Part shown: positions 49,720 to 60,632 of the stretch, one piece after another | Layout of the letters: every line of letters begins with the position of its first letter | How positions within the stretch are numbered: position 1 is the first letter of the stretch | From: an uncultured Actinomycetota bacterium | Lineage (GTDB): Bacteria > Actinomycetota > Actinomycetes > Mycobacteriales > CADCTP01 | Assembly: GCA_963770145.1 (NCBI GenBank) | Contig: CAVYOJ010000002.1 | Coordinates: 39,839-103,838 of the forward strand | DNA length: 64,000 bases | Reading direction: 5' to 3' | The notes under the pieces: generated by a model | What the model was told of the DNA's origin: nothing | The model's database searches: none | Seen by the model: the letters and a program-made list of their open reading frames with translations, nothing else | Program-made: the position numbers and the translations under genes

Positions 49720-50467
49720 GTCGATCCCTCCGCAGCTTGGTCCGGTACGAGTACAGCTCGGGCAGGAAGTGGCTGACCGCCAGCTCGACCGGACGGCCGG
49801 CGGTGTCCGAGTAGAGCCGGTCGATGCGCAGCAGCGGGTCGCCGGCCGGGCAGCCGAGCTGGGCCGCCGTCGTCGGGTCCGCGGCCGCGACCGTGATGCT
49901 CTGGTCGGCCTCGGCGATCGGCGCCGGCAGCCGGGCGTCCAGCAGCCCGATGATCGTCGTCTCGCTGCTCGCCCCGGCCGTGGTCAGCTCGGGCACGCCG
50001 GCGAGCACCGCGCCGACCGCCGGCGGCACCGAGACCGTGGTCACGCAGAACGGGGCGCCGTCGTGCGAGCGGCGGAACGTGAGGCTGTGCACGACGTCGT
50101 CGGGCAGCCGCAGCCGGCTCGCCGCGGTCACGTCGACCAGCCGGCGCAGCGGCGCGGTGACCTCCATCCGGGTGTCCACCGACAGCCCCATGAGGTCGTC
50201 GATCGACCCGAACTGGCGCAGGTACGCCTCCTCCCGGCGGGTCACGAACGTCCCTCGCCCGGGCACCCGGTAGACCATCCCCTCGGCGACGAGGTCCTGG
50301 AACGCGCGCCGCACGGTCTGCCGGCTCACCCCGTGCCGCTCGGCCAGCTCCGCCTCGGTCGGCAGCCGCCGGCCGTCGGCGTAGTCGCCCTGCAGGATCC
50401 GGTTGCGCACCTCCCGGGCCACGACCGTGTACGTGCTCTCCCGGCGCCCGTCCGCCACCGTCGGCAC
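49712..50467 (-). CDS. GntR-family regulator (HutC/UTRA subfamily)
   Basis: Intact 251 aa. LPTEAELAERHGVSRQTVRRAFQDLVAEGMVYRVPGRGTFV plus a UTRA-like C-terminal half. Confidence 0.85.
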   Translation of the reverse strand: MPTVADGRRESTYTVVAREVRNRILQGDYADGRRLPTEAELAERHGVSRQTVRRAFQDLVAEGMVYRVPGRGTFVTRREEAYLRQFGSIDDLMGLSVDTRMEVTAPLRRLVDVTAASRLRLPDDVVHSLTFRRSHDGAPFCVTTVSVPPAVGAVLAGVPELTTAGASSETTIIGLLDARLPAPIAEADQSITVAAADPTTAAQLGCPAGDPLLRIDRLYSDTAGRPVELAVSHFLPELYSYRTKLRRDRHA

Positions 50468-50470
50468 CGT

Positions 50471-51461
50471 TCAGGCCAGCGCGGCGACGAAGCGCCAGTC
50501 GAGGACGTCGGTCGGCTCGGCCCCGTCCCGCCGGGCCCGGACCCGGGAGCGCAGGTGGGCCAGGCCGCCGCCGGTCGGCAGCGGCTCGGTCCGCTCCACC
50601 GTGACCGTGCTGGTCAGCGTGTCCCCCTCGCGGACCGGCGCGAGGTGGTCGCAGCCGTGCCAGCCGACGACCGTGAGCAGGTCCGGCAGCGCCCGGACGG
50701 CCTGGTGCAGCGCCAGCCCGATCGTGTGGCCGCCGTAGACCAGCCGCCCGGACGGGCCGGCGTCGTGGTGCACCCTGGCCACGTTGCCGGTGAGCCGGGC
50801 CAGCTCCGGCGCGGAGGTGACCACGTCGCCGCCGGCGACCACGTGGACGTCGCCGGCCCGGACGCCGTCGAAGTGCGGCCCCGGCCGGGCGGCCCGGTAG
50901 GCGCCGAGGTCCCAGCGCGCGGTGACGGACGCCAGCTCGTCGACCGGACGGATCGCGGCCCACCGAGGTCAGGTCGTCGGCGAGCCCGGTCTGCGTGGAC
51001 GCGTCCCGCAGCGGCAGCATCGCGCACCGCCAGAAGTCCAGCACCGGCCGCCCGTACTGGTCGTCGGTGCCGATCCGCAGCGCGACGAGCCCGGTCGGGG
51101 GGCGCCCCGGCCGCCGCGAGTTCTGCCGGAGGCCGACGACCTCCGTCACGGTCCGCAGCGAGTCGCCGAGCCGGGGCGCCCGATGGAACACGACGCCGCG
51201 GTAGAAGAGGTTCGCCACCACCGTGTGGGTGGCCACAGTGGACTGTCCGATCGCGACGTCCCAGACCAGGTTGGGCGCGGCCAGCACGCCGTCGCCGAGC
51301 ACCTGCCGGGACAGCAGGTGCGCTCCGGCCAGTGGCAGCCGGCCGCCGACCACCGCCTGGTGCGCGGCCGCCATCCCTTCGGTCAGCGTCACCGGCGCGG
51401 CCGGGAACCGCTGGCCGACCTGGAGATCCTCGAAGTACGGCCCGTCGACCACGATCTCCAC
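50471..51461 (-). pseudogene. double hot-dog MaoC-like (R)-hydratase/dehydratase, one +1 frame break (about 50960)
   Basis: VEIVVDGPYFEDLQVGQRF.. (frame of ORF 49704-51896) continues as AIRPVDELASV..VVAGGDVV..GGHTIGLAL in ORF 50471-50842. GGGAGG RBS before the GTG at 51461. Confidence 0.75.
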
Positions 51462-51581
51462 CCGTCCACCTCCCAGCCGAAAATATACGGCCAAAGTCCG
51501 CCAGCGCGACCGGGGTGTGTCGGGAAGCTCGTTGACACAGGCGAAGGCACGCCAAAAAATGGCCGTACAAATACGGAGGTG

Positions 51582-52809
51582 ATGATGTCGGCTCCGACGG
51601 CGGACCAGCCGCTGGCCGGACTGCGGGTCGTCGAGGTGTCGACCTTCGTCGCCGCCCCGCTCGGCGGGATGACGCTGGCCCAGCTCGGCGCCGAGGTGGT
51701 CCGGGTCGACCCGCTCGGCGGCGCCGCCGACCACACCCGCTGGCCGCTGGCCGAGTCCGGGACCAGCCTCTACTGGGCCGGGCTGAACAAGGCGAAGCGC
51801 TCGGTCGACGGTCGACCTGCGCTCGGCCGCCGGGCAGGAGCTGGTCACCCGGCTGATCGCCGACTCGGGTCCGGGCGGCGGGATCGTGCTCACCAACTCG
51901 GTCGGCCGGGGCTGGCTCGGCTACCGGGCACTTGCCGAGCGCCGGCCGGACGTCATCCACCTGCAGATCGAGGGCCACCCGGACGGCAGCGCCGCGGTCG
52001 ACTACACGGTCAACGCCGGGCTCGGCTTCCCGCTGCTGACCGGGCCGGCCGGGCACGCCGACCCGGTCAACCACGTGCTGCCGGCCTGGGACATCGCCTG
52101 CGGGCTCTACGCGGCGATCGGCCTGCTCGGCGCCGAGCGCCGCCGCGCCCGCACCGGCGAGGGCAGCGCGCTGGCCGTCGCGCTCTCCGACGTCGCCCTG
52201 GCCACCGCCGGCAACCTCGGCTTCCTGGCCGAGGCCGAGCTGGGACAGCGCCGGCCGCGGCTGGGCAACTACCTCTACGGCGGCTTCGGCCGCGACTTCA
52301 CCGCCCGGGACGGCACCCGGTTCATGCTCGTGACGCTGACCGCCCGGCACTGGCGCGACCTCGTCGCCGCGACCGGGCTCGCGGAGCCGGTGACCGCGCT
52401 GGAGAAGGCGCTCGGCGTCGACTTCGCCGAGGAGGGCGACCGGTACGAGTGCCGCGAGCTGCTGGCCGCGCTGCTGGACCGCTGGTTCGCCGACCGCGCC
52501 GGCACCGAGGTCAGCGCGGTGCTGGGCCGCACGTCGGTGCTGTGGACGGTCTACCGCTCGGTCGCCGAGCTGGTCGGCAGCGACGAGGTCCGGGCCAACC
52601 CGATGATGCGGGTGGTCGACCAGCCCGGCGTCGGCCACCACCTGGCGCCGGGGTCGCCGATCCGGGCCGGCGAACGGACGGTAGCCCGGGCGCCCGTGCT
52701 CGGCGAGCACACCGACACCGTGCTGGCCGGCTGGCTCGGGCTGACCGACCCGGAGATCCGCGAGCTGCACGACCGCGGCGTGATCCAGTCCGCACCGAGG
52801 GAGGGCTGA
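51582..52809 (+). pseudogene. family III (CaiB/BaiF) CoA-transferase, one +1 frame break (about 51800)
   Basis: LAGLRVVEVSTFVAAPLGGMTLAQLGAEVVRVDP (frame of ORF 50922-). The remainder is in ORF 51886-52809, ending PVLGEHTDTVLAGWLGL. Confidence 0.85.
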
Positions 52810-52812
52810 GGC

Positions 52813-54008
52813 GTGGGCCGACTCGCGCGCACCGACGGGCTGACCGACGTCCAGGAGCAGATCCTGGCGACCGTCCACGACTTCACCGAGCGGGAGATCA
52901 TCCCGCACGCGCAGGCGCTCGAGCACGCCGACGAGTATCCGCAGGCCATCGTCGACGGGATGCGCGGAGCTCGGCCTGTTCGGCCTCACGATCCCGGAGG
53001 AGTACGGCGGGCTGGGCGAGTCCCTGCTCACCTACGCGCTGGTGGTCGAGGAGCTGGCCCGCGGCTGGATGAGCGTGTCCGGGATCGTCAACACCCACTT
53101 CATCGTCGCGTACATGCTGCTGCGGCACGGGACCGACGAGCAGAAGCAGTCGCTGCTGCCCCGGCTGGCGACCGGCGAGGTGCGCGGCGCGTTCTCGATG
53201 TCCGAGCCCGGCTGCGGCTCGGACGTCTCGGCGATCCGGACGAAGGCGGTCCGGGACGGTGAGGGCCGACTACGTGGTCGACGGCCAGAAGATGTGGCTG
53301 ACCAACGGCAGCACGGCCAACCTCGTCGCGGTGCTGGTGAAGACCGACGAGGGCGCCGAGTCGGTCTACCGGAACATGACCACGCTGCTGGTGGAGAAGC
53401 CGACCGGCTTCGGCGAGGTCGCGCCCGGGCTCACCGTGCCCGGCAAGATCGAGAAGATGGGCTACAAGGGCGTCGACACGACCGAGCTGCTGTTCGCCGG
53501 CTATCGCGTGCCGGCCGCCGCGGTGCTCGGCGGCACGCCCGGGCGCGGCTTCTACCAGATGATGGACGGGGTCGAGGTCGGCCGGGTCAACGTGGCCGCG
53601 CGCGGCTGCGGGGTCGCGCTGCGCGCGTTCGAGCTCGCGGTCCGGTACGCGCAGCAGCGGGAGACGTTCGGCAAGCGCATCGCCGACCACCAGGCCGTGC
53701 TGTTCCGGCTGGCCGACATGGCCACCAAGGTCGAGGCGGCGCACCAGATGATGGTGCGCTCCGCCCGCACCAAGGACTCCGGCCGCCGCAACGACCTCGA
53801 GGCCGGGATGGCGAAATACCTGGCCTCCGAATACTGCCGGGACGTGGTCGAGGACTCCTTCCGCATCCACGGCGGCTACGGGTTCTCGACGGAGTACGAG
53901 ATCGAGCGGCTCTACCGGGAGGCGCCCATGCTGCTCATCGGCGAGGGCACGGCCGACATCCAGCGGATGATCATCGGCCGCCGGATCCTCGAGGACTACC
54001 GGCTCTGA
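52813..54008 (+). pseudogene. acyl-CoA dehydrogenase, two +1 frame breaks (about 52960 and 53260)
   Basis: Paralogue of 26124-27284. SMSEPGCGSD, KMWLTNG, GGYGFSTEYEIERLYREAPMLLIGEGTADIQ. ORFs 52813-, 53042- and 53259-54008. Confidence 0.85.
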
Positions 54009-54104
54009 CGCTCCCGTTGCCGCACCCACTTGCGCAGCGCGGTCGGCGCCAGCACACGCCGCCGACCTGGCTCGGCGGCCAGCCGGTCCACCGCGTCGGA
54101 GCGG

Positions 54105-55605
54105 TCAGCCGGGCAGCTGGGGCAGGATCGCGGCGGTGATCGCCAGCTCGCCGGCCGCGGTGGGGTGGAACGGGGCCGGGTCGCGCATGCCCTGCACCCA
54201 CGGCTGGTCGGTGCACAGCTCGTGCCCGTCGAACCGGGGCTGCACGACCGCGAACCCGAAGCCCTGGGCGCCCTGCTCGAGCACCTCGTTCATCCGGGCG
54301 AGCTCGACCCGGAGCGGGCGCGATCTTCTGCTTGACCTTGTCGTCCTGGTTGTCCTTGCCCGGGTCCGGCCCGAACCCGTAGCCGGGCGGGCCGCCCGCC
54401 TCGGCCTGCGGGTCCTGCAGGGCGGGGCAGTCGAAGCTCGAGCCGAACGGGTCGTAGTACTTGGTCACGATCACCTGCGGGTGCGTGGGCAGGTCGGACA
54501 GCTGCTGCAGCAGCTGGGCGTACTGGATCTTGAACGCGTCGAGCCGGCTCTGGAACAGCTTGTTGCTGGCCTCGTCGTCGCAGCGGGGCAGGCCGTAGCA
54601 GTAGCGCAGGAAGTCCGACCAGCCGACGTCGTTGGCGCCGATGCTGACCACGACGACCTTCGCCGACTGCACCGAGCGCAGCACGCCGACCTGCGGCGGC
54701 AGCGTCCGCCCGGCCGCCGGCTGCGGGCCGAGCAGCCCGTCGGTCACGGTGGCCGAGCTGCAGGCCAGGTTGAGCACGCTGACCCCGGCGATCGACTGCA
54801 GCGAGGTCGCGTACGTGTCGGCGGAGCGCTGGCAGGCGATGTCGTCCCGGGTCGGCTTCTGGATCGGGGTGTTGCCGATGCCGGCCGCGGTGGAGTCGCC
54901 GATGACGACCACGTCGGTGTCCGCTGCGCTTCGGGCCGACCGCCGCCGGCACCGGGGCCAGGTTGGCCGTGCCGACCAGGTCGGACAGCGAGGTGACCGA
55001 GCCGAGCTGGTGCACCGCGGTCCGGACGGTCAGCGCGGTGAAGCCGAGCGTCATGACCAGCGGCGGCGGCGACGCTGGCCCCGAGCAGGCCGAGGTGCGC
55101 GGCCCGGCTGCGCCGGTGGTCCCGGCCGACCAGCGCCACCGCGCCCGCCGTCACCAGGTAGAGCACGCCGCCGAGCAGGCCGGCGGTCGCCACCAGCCAG
55201 CCGAAGTAGCGCGTCCAGCCGTCCGCGAGCTGCCGGCCGACCTCCGCCGACCCGGTCGCGACCGTGCGGCGGCCGCCGGCCGAGCCGGACTGGATGAACG
55301 CGGCCGCGTCGTCGTTGCGGTTGAACCGCTGCCAGACGATCAGCGGCCGGATCGGGCCGTCGAAGTGCTGGATCGTCTCGACGATGCCCTCGCCGAACAG
55401 GTCCGCCTCGCCCGGGCCCGGACAGGCCGAGGTCGGGGCTCGGCGGCACGGCGCCGACCTGCACGCTCTGGCCGAACACCGAGACGCCCGCCTTCGGCGT
55501 GACCGCCAGGGCGAGCGTCATCGCGGCCAGCGCGACGGCCAGCACGAGTGCCAGCCGGCCGGCCCAGATCGCCGGCGGTCTCCGGCGCCAGTCCGCGAAG
55601 CTCAC
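54105..55605 (-). pseudogene. membrane-anchored SGNH/GDSL hydrolase, four +1 frame breaks
   Basis: N-terminal TM (ORF 55051-55605), a second TM block (54744-55193), SGNH block I VVIGDSTAAGIGN and block III SIGANDVGW (53971-54912), and the C-terminus in 54105-54293. Confidence 0.7.
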
Positions 55606-55715
55606 ACTCCCAGGGTTACATCCGCGCCGGAGTGCCCTCCGCTAGAGACGGCGGCCGGAGACGGCGACGCCGCCGCGGCGCGAACGCCACGACGGCGACT
55701 GCCGACTGCGTCGGG

Positions 55716-55922
55716 CTAGTCCTCGACCTTGGTCGGGCCGCCCTCGAGAAGCCCCCGTACCTCGGACTCCTTGTATCGGCGGTGTCCGCCGAGAGTGCGG
55801 ATCGACGTGAGCTTTCCTGCCTTTGCCCACCGCGTCACGGTCTTGGGGTCGACACGGAACATCGTGGCGACCTCTGCTGGCGTGAGCAGCGGTTCGGCTT
55901 CGGTCGTCTGGCGCGTGGTCAT
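55716..55922 (-). CDS. bldC: BldC-type MerR-like developmental DNA-binding protein
   Basis: 68 aa. EPLLTPAEVATMFRVDPKTVTRWAKAGKLTSIRTLGGHRRY matches the core I recall for Streptomyces BldC almost exactly. Confidence 0.85.
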   Translation of the reverse strand: MTTRQTTEAEPLLTPAEVATMFRVDPKTVTRWAKAGKLTSIRTLGGHRRYKESEVRGLLEGGPTKVED

Positions 55923-56063
55923 GGCTCGTCCCTTCCTGCCACGTTGGCCGCTGGACCCCGGTTCGTCCCTCGACCACAGTCCACTATGCACCATTCGACC
56001 GCATCGCTCAACGGCCTGCCCGAGTTATACGTTCTCGATCTGTCGGAAAACGCCCCGTGCGCC

Positions 56064-56981
56064 TTAGTTTGACGACTCCACAGAGTAGGCAATCCGCCAC
56101 CGATCGATTACGCGATCATAGGCGGCCGAGGCAAGCTTGGTGTCTCCGCGCTGCAACGCTGCCAGTGCCTCGGCCACGTCGCCGGCCGAGTCGTCGGTGC
56201 GCAGGCTCGCCTCGGCGCACAGGTCGACCAGACCCAGGTAGTCGAGCTCGACCAGCGAGCGCGGGTGGAACTCCTCCAGCCAGCGCCCGAGCGCCTCCAC
56301 CGAGGGAACGGTCGGCCCGTCCGGCAGCGCCTTGCGCAGCACCTGCAGCGCCCGGGCCACCCGGCGGCGGGCCTTCGCCATCGCCGTCCGGTAGACCAGC
56401 GATCGGCTGATCGCGATCCCTTCGGGCGCGCCGCCGCCGTCACCGCCGGACGCACGATCGCCGAACGAGCCCGACCTGCCGAACTCGGTCCCGGCCGGGC
56501 CGAGCTGCAGCCGGCGCTCCTCCCGGTCGAACAGCACGAACCAGCGCACCGGCACCGACCAGCGGTGCAGCTGCACGTGCGCGCGCCGGGCCGGGTGCTC
56601 GGCCAACCAGCGCTGCTGCTCGGTCGAGGCGAGCTCGACCTCCGCGTCGGGCAGCACCGCGCGGGCGACCTCGGGTGGCAGCGCCGAGCGGGTCTCCACC
56701 GCCGCCTCCCAGCACCGCAGCTCGGTCCGCAGCGGGCAGATCAGCAGCCCAGACTCGCCCCGCAGCACCGCGGCATGCTCGCCGGCGTCGCCGGGCCGGG
56801 GCACCGCGGCGGCCCGCCGGCAGGCGCCGACCAGCCCGAGCACGCGCTCCCGGCGGGCACCGGCCTGCGCCGAGGGCACGGCGGGCGACTGCGCGTACTG
56901 CTGCCACCGGCGCCGCTCCTCGACGTCGAAAGCGGCCAGCGGCTCGTACACGCGCAGCTCTGCGGCGTACGGCGGGGTCAC
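56064..56981 (-). CDS. conserved actinobacterial hypothetical protein
   Basis: Intact. [14 protein letters not shown]... The start is uncertain (GTG at 56981 chosen). It occupies the slot between vdh and bldC, as I recall for Streptomyces. Confidence 0.55.
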   Translation of the reverse strand: MTPPYAAELRVYEPLAAFDVEERRRWQQYAQSPAVPSAQAGARRERVLGLVGACRRAAAVPRPGDAGEHAAVLRGESGLLICPLRTELRCWEAAVETRSALPPEVARAVLPDAEVELASTEQQRWLAEHPARRAHVQLHRWSVPVRWFVLFDREERRLQLGPAGTEFGRSGSFGDRASGGDGGGAPEGIAISRSLVYRTAMAKARRRVARALQVLRKALPDGPTVPSVEALGRWLEEFHPRSLVELDYLGLVDLCAEASLRTDDSAGDVAEALAALQRGDTKLASAAYDRVIDRWRIAYSVESSN

Positions 56982-57114
56982 CGTTCGATCGTCGCATGAT
57001 CGCAACCATCCCGGGAGGCGACACCGATCTAAGGTGAGCGGCGGAGCCATCGCTCCGCCACCTGCGGCACGCGGGCGATCCCCGCAACCCGCCCGGAGAC
57101 GACAGCGGAACCTC

Positions 57115-58206
57115 ATGACCAGGGAGTGCAGCGTGACCGTCTTCGCCACCGACCACGAGGAAGTGGTCTTCTGCCACGACCGGGCCTCCGGCCTGCGCGC
57201 GATCATCGCGATCTACTCGACCGCGCTCGGCCCGTCGCTCGGCGGCACCCGGTTCTACCCGTACGAGACCGAGGCCGACGCGCTGGCCGACGTGCTCAAC
57301 CTGTCCCGCGGGATGGCGTACAAGAACGCGCTCGCCGGCCTCGACCACGGCGGCGGCAAGGCCGTCATCTGGGGCGACCCGACCACGGACAAGACCGAGG
57401 CGCTGCTGCGGGCGTACGGGCGGTTCGTCGAGTCGCTCGGCGGCCGGTACGTGACCGCCTGCGACGTCGGCACGTACGTGCAGGACATGGACGTGGTCGC
57501 GCGCGAGTGCCGGTTCGTCACCGGCCGGTCCCCGTCCGAGGGCGGCGCCGGCGACTCGTCGGTGCTCACCGCCTGGGGCGTCTTCCAGGGCATGCGGGCC
57601 TGCGCCGAGCGGCAGTGGGGCACCGCCTCGCTGGCCGGCCGCCGGGTGGGCATCGCCGGGGTCGGCAAGGTCGGCCGGCACCTGGTCGACCACCTGGTCG
57701 ACGACGGCGCCGAGGTCGTGGTGACCGACGTCTCCGCCGCCGCGGTCGCCGCGGTGATCGCCGAGCACCCGCAGGTCCGCACCGTCGCCGACGCCGACGC
57801 CCTGGTCCGCACTCCGCTGGACGTCTACGCGCCGTGCGCGCTCGGCGGGGCGCTGTCCGACGCCGTCGTCGACGTGCTCACCGCACCGGTCGTCTGCGGC
57901 GCCGCCAACAACCAGCTCGACCACCCCGGGGTGGAGAAGATCCTGGCCGACCGCGGCGTGCTCTACGCGCCGGACTACGTCGTCAACTCCGGCGGTGTGA
58001 TCCAGGTCGCAGACGAGTATCGGGGCTACGTGGCCGAGCGGGCCCGGACCAAGGCGACGGCGATCTTCGACACCACCCGGAGCATCTTCGCCACGGCGGC
58101 CGAGGAAGGCGTCCCACCTGCGGTTGCGGCCGATCGGCTGGCCGAGCGGCGGATGGCCGAGGTCGGTCGGCTGCGCGGGATCCTGGTCCCTGGCCGGGAC
58201 CGTTGA
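57115..58206 (+). CDS. vdh: Glu/Leu/Phe/Val dehydrogenase family enzyme, valine dehydrogenase-like
   Basis: Intact. [43 protein letters not shown]. Confidence 0.85.
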   Translation: MTRECSVTVFATDHEEVVFCHDRASGLRAIIAIYSTALGPSLGGTRFYPYETEADALADVLNLSRGMAYKNALAGLDHGGGKAVIWGDPTTDKTEALLRAYGRFVESLGGRYVTACDVGTYVQDMDVVARECRFVTGRSPSEGGAGDSSVLTAWGVFQGMRACAERQWGTASLAGRRVGIAGVGKVGRHLVDHLVDDGAEVVVTDVSAAAVAAVIAEHPQVRTVADADALVRTPLDVYAPCALGGALSDAVVDVLTAPVVCGAANNQLDHPGVEKILADRGVLYAPDYVVNSGGVIQVADEYRGYVAERARTKATAIFDTTRSIFATAAEEGVPPAVAADRLAERRMAEVGRLRGILVPGRDR

Positions 58207-58443
58207 GCCGGCGCCGTCGGTGAGCCGATGGCGAACGTCCCGGTCGGGAGGCCGGACGGCTGCGGCAGACGGGCCGCGGTCGTTCCGCTGTCCGGGTGAC
58301 CTACGTCGCGTCGCGGGCGCGGCGCCGGTGACGCGACGTGGTACGAGTCGCCCGCGAGTTGTAATCTGGTGCCACGACGATGACCACACTGTGGGGCCGC
58401 CTCGTGCAGGTCGCCCCTTTGTCCTGTGCGAGGGGGTCGAGCC

Positions 58444-58640
58444 ATGGGGCGCGGCCGTGCCAAGGCTAAGCAGCAGAAGGTGGCCCGTGCGTTGAAGTAC
58501 AGCACGCACGACACCGACCTGACTGCCTTGCAGCGCGAGCTCAGAGGCGAGCCGGCCACGAGTCCTCCGTCGGTGGAGACGACGACGTGGACGACGACGA
58601 GTACGACCCCGACGACGACTGGTCCTCCTCGCGCCGCTGA
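58444..58640 (+). pseudogene. DUF3073 small protein, one -1-type frame break (about 58555)
   Basis: MGRGRAKAKQQKVARALKYSTHDTDLTALQRELRG, then the expected acidic tail ESSVGGDDDVDDDEYDPDDDWSSSRR* in the adjacent frame (stop 58638-58640). Confidence 0.75.
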
Positions 58641-58686
58641 CGCGCGCTGAGGTGGACCGGCCACACGGGGCCGGATCGGGCGACCG

Positions 58687-58839
58687 CCAGCCGGAGTGGG
58701 TGCCGACGAGGCGGGCCGGACCGGTGCCGGGGACGAGTCCGCCGGCCATCAGGCCGGCACACCGCGGCCGGTGCAGCGGCCGGACCGTCGGGCAGACGGC
58801 GACCCATGCCACGCCGACCTTCAGCGTGCGCTCGATCTC
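58687..58839 (-). pseudogene. purM: 3' remnant of purM (AIR synthetase); the first ~300 codons expected for PurM are missing
   Basis: EIERTLKVGVAWVAV ... GRGVPA ... ARLVGTHSGW resembles the PurM C-terminus (E-x-x-RT-[FL]-N-M-G-[VI]-G-M; ..LVG.HPG). Only about 330 bp separate the purF catalytic end from the DUF3073 gene. Confidence 0.6.
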
Positions 58840-60478
58840 GGTCGGGCGACCGGCCGGGCCACCAGGTTCAGGTCCGGTCGAGGCCCGGCCGCCCGGTCCG
58901 GCGATCGCGCCCGGCCGCCGGGTGGGGGCGACCGCGGCTCGACGGATTGCGCGGACGAGGTCTCCGGGCCGCGGTCAGCGGTGGCCGGGTCGACGAGCCC
59001 CAGCTCTTCCAGCGTGTCGCCGGACGGGCCGGGCGAGCCGGCGGTGACCGACCGCTCGATGCCCTCCAGCACGTGCTTGCCGACCAGCTCCGGCGCCGGC
59101 AGCGGGATCGGGTAGCTGCCGTCGAAGCAGGCCGTGCACAGCCGGGACGCCGGCTGCTCGCTGGCCCCGACCAGGCCCTCCAGCGAGACGTAGCCGAGCG
59201 AGTCGGCCCCGATCGAGCGGCGGACGCCCTCGACGTCCAGCCCGTTGGCGATCAGCTCGGCCCGGCTGGCGAAGTCGATGCCGTAGAAGCACGGCCACTT
59301 CACCGGCGGCGACGAGATCCGCACGTGCACCTCGAGCGCGCCGGACTCGCGCAGCATCCGGACCAGCGCCCGCTGGGTGTTGCCGCGCACGATCGAGTCG
59401 TCGACGACGACGATCCGCTTGCCCCGCAGCACGTCTCGCAGCGGGTTGAGCTTGAGCCGGATGCCGAGCTGCCGGATCGTCTGCGACGGCTGGATGAACG
59501 TGCGGCCCACGTAGGAGTTCTTGACCAGGCCGAGCCCGTACGGGATGCCGGACTGCTCGGCGAAGCCGATCGCGGCCGGGGTGCCCGACTCGGGCACCGG
59601 GATCACCAGGTCGGCCTCGGCCGGGTGCTCGCGGGCCAGCCGGCGGCCGACCTCGACCCGGGCCGCCTGCACGTTCCGGCCGGCGATCGTGGTGTCCGGC
59701 CGGGCCAGGTAGGCGTACTCGAACAGGCAGCCCTTGGGGGTCGGCTGGGCGAACCGCTCCGAGCGCAGCCCGTCGTCGTCGATCGAGATCAGCTCGCCCG
59801 GCTCGACCTCGCGCACGAACGAGGCGCCGACGATGTCCAGCGCCGCCGTCTCGCTCGCGACCACCCAGCCCCGGTCGAGCCGGCCGAGCACCAGCGGGTG
59901 CACGCCGTAGCCGTCGCGGGCCGCGTAGAGCGTGTGCTCGTCCATGAACACCAGCGAGAACGCGCCGCGCAGGGTCGGCAGCACCGTCATCGCGGCCGCC
60001 TCCACCGACAGGTCCGGGTACGCGGTGAGCAGGCCGGTGATGAGGTCGGAGTCGGTGGTCACGGTGGCGTCGCGGTCACCCCGAGCTTCGCCGCCCGGTC
60101 GGCGAGGTCGGCGGTGTTGACCAGGTTGCCGTTGTGGCCGAGCGCGATGCCCGTCCCGGTCCGCGTGGTGCGGAACGTGGGCTGCGCGTTTTCCCAGGTG
60201 GAGGAGCCGGTCGTCGAGTAGCGGCAGTGCCCGATCGCGATGTGGCCGCGCAGGCTGTCCAGCGTCGGCTCGTCGAAGACCTGGGCGACCAGCCCGAGGT
60301 CCTTGTAGACGACGAGCGCGGAGCCGTCGCTGACGGCGATCCCGGCCGCCTCCTGCCCACGGTGCTGCAGGGCGTAGAGGCCGTAGTAGGTGAGCTTGGC
60401 GACGTCCTCGCCGGGAGCCCAGACGCCGAACACGCCGCACTCCTCGCGAGGTGGCGACTCCTCCGGCACGTCACTCAC
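58821..60478 (-). pseudogene. purF: amidophosphoribosyltransferase; one -1-type frame break in a G-run (about 60075); 3' tail runs into the purM remnant
   Basis: N-terminal nucleophile CGVFGVWAPGE (ORF 60059-60478). PRTase domain VVVDDSIVRGNT and the C-terminal CTACFDGSYP (ORF 58821-60440). Conserved sequence ends near 58990. Confidence 0.85.
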
Positions 60479-60632
60479 TCTACCGGCCGAATCGGGCGGG
60501 GCCGGTGTGACGCCCCGGGCACGGCAGCCCAGAAGCCGCGGCCGACCGCTTGGGGGGATGCGGCCGGCCGCGGGGCCATCACGGTACCTCCGAGTAGGGT
60601 TTGTCGCCCACCTGCCGAATCGAAAGCACTGC

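Noticed and set aside
58300-58345. 10-bp inverted repeat ACGTCGCGTC...GACGCGACGT upstream of the DUF3073 gene as a regulatory site.
   Set aside because: It is a single short GC-rich palindrome in a GC-rich genome, with no second copy or positional logic. That is too weak to call.
60479-60632. Purine-responsive riboswitch (ZTP/pfl or PRPP type) in the purF leader.
   Set aside because: I looked for the pfl-type GGGUCG...CCGCCUGGGC elements on the minus strand. I found only loose resemblance (cttctgggctgcc), which is not a convincing match without a covariance-model search.
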